Part shown: piece after piece, positions 63,432 to 64,000 of the stretch | How positions within the stretch are numbered: the first letter of the stretch is position 1 | How the letters are laid out: every line of letters begins with the position of its first letter | Source: Malacoraja senta | Lineage: Eukaryota | Length of the DNA stretch: 64,000 nt | Direction of reading: 5' to 3' | Assembly (NCBI GenBank): GCA_038087875.1 | Contig: CM075996.1 | Coordinates: forward strand, 9,240,001-9,304,000 | Notes under the pieces: generated by a model | The model's input: the letters and a program-made list of their open reading frames with translations, nothing else | Databases searched by the model: none | Told to the model about the DNA's origin: nothing | Translations under genes and position numbers: made by a program

Positions 63432-64000
63432 AGAGCAGGGAGGTTCTAAGAGCAGGGAGGTTCTAAGACCAGGGAGGTTATAAGAGCAGGGAGGTTCTAC
63501 TGCAGTTGTACAGGGTCTTGGTGAGACCACACCTGGAGTATTGCGTACAGTTTTGGTCTCCTAATCTGAGGAAAGACATTCTTGCCATAGAGGGAGTACA
63601 GAGAAGGTTCACCAGACTGATTCCTGGGATGGCAGGACTTTCATATGAGGAAAGACTGGATAGACTCGGCTTGTACACGTTGGAATTCAGAAGACTGAGG
63701 GGGGATCTTATAGAAACTTACACAATTCTTAAGGGGTTGGACAGGCTAGATGGAGGAAGATTATTCCCGATGTTGGGGAAGTCCAGAACTAGGGGTCACA
63801 GTTTAAGGATAAGAGGGAAGACTTTTAGGACCAAGATGAGGAAATCATTTTTTACACAGAGAGTGGTGAATCTGTGGAATTCTCTGCCACAGAAGGTAGT
63901 TGAGGCCAGTTCATTGGCTATGTTTAAGAAGGAGTTAGATGTGGCCCTTGTGGCTAAAGGGATCAGGGGGTATGGAGAGAAGGCAGGGATGGTCTACTGA
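63432..64000 (+). mobile_element. CR1-type LINE 3' fragment, same family as 25885-26478, runs off the window edge
   Basis: ORF 63506..64000 nearly identical in peptide to ORF 25969..26463. Confidence 0.92.

Overview
Eukaryotic (vertebrate) genomic DNA; the repeat content suggests a cartilaginous fish such as a skate or ray (inference). The window holds ten + strand coding exons of the meiotic recombinase gene DMC1, equivalent to human exons 3-12; the start-codon exon and the last two exons were not found in it. One intron has a minor-spliceosome (U12-type) GTATCCTTT donor. The introns are packed with nested transposons: CR1-type LINEs (one with an intact 964-aa ORF2), Rex1-like and L1-like LINE fragments, tRNA-derived SINEs, a solo LTR, a Buster-type hAT, Helitron-like non-autonomous elements, Penelope-like elements (PLEs) and three decayed, near-full-length DIRS tyrosine-recombinase retrotransposons. 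The main observations are: (1) splice signals conserved in position and phase across three divergent DIRS copies, which would give separate gag, RT-RH-MT and recombinase mRNAs; (2) a 1.6-kb near-perfect PLE palindrome with a 15-bp TSD and hammerhead-like motifs, plus several collapsed remnants of the same design; (3) an unclassified TIR element carrying a decayed spliced gene that is not a recognisable transposase. All coordinates were read by eye; boundaries of old repeats are approximate.
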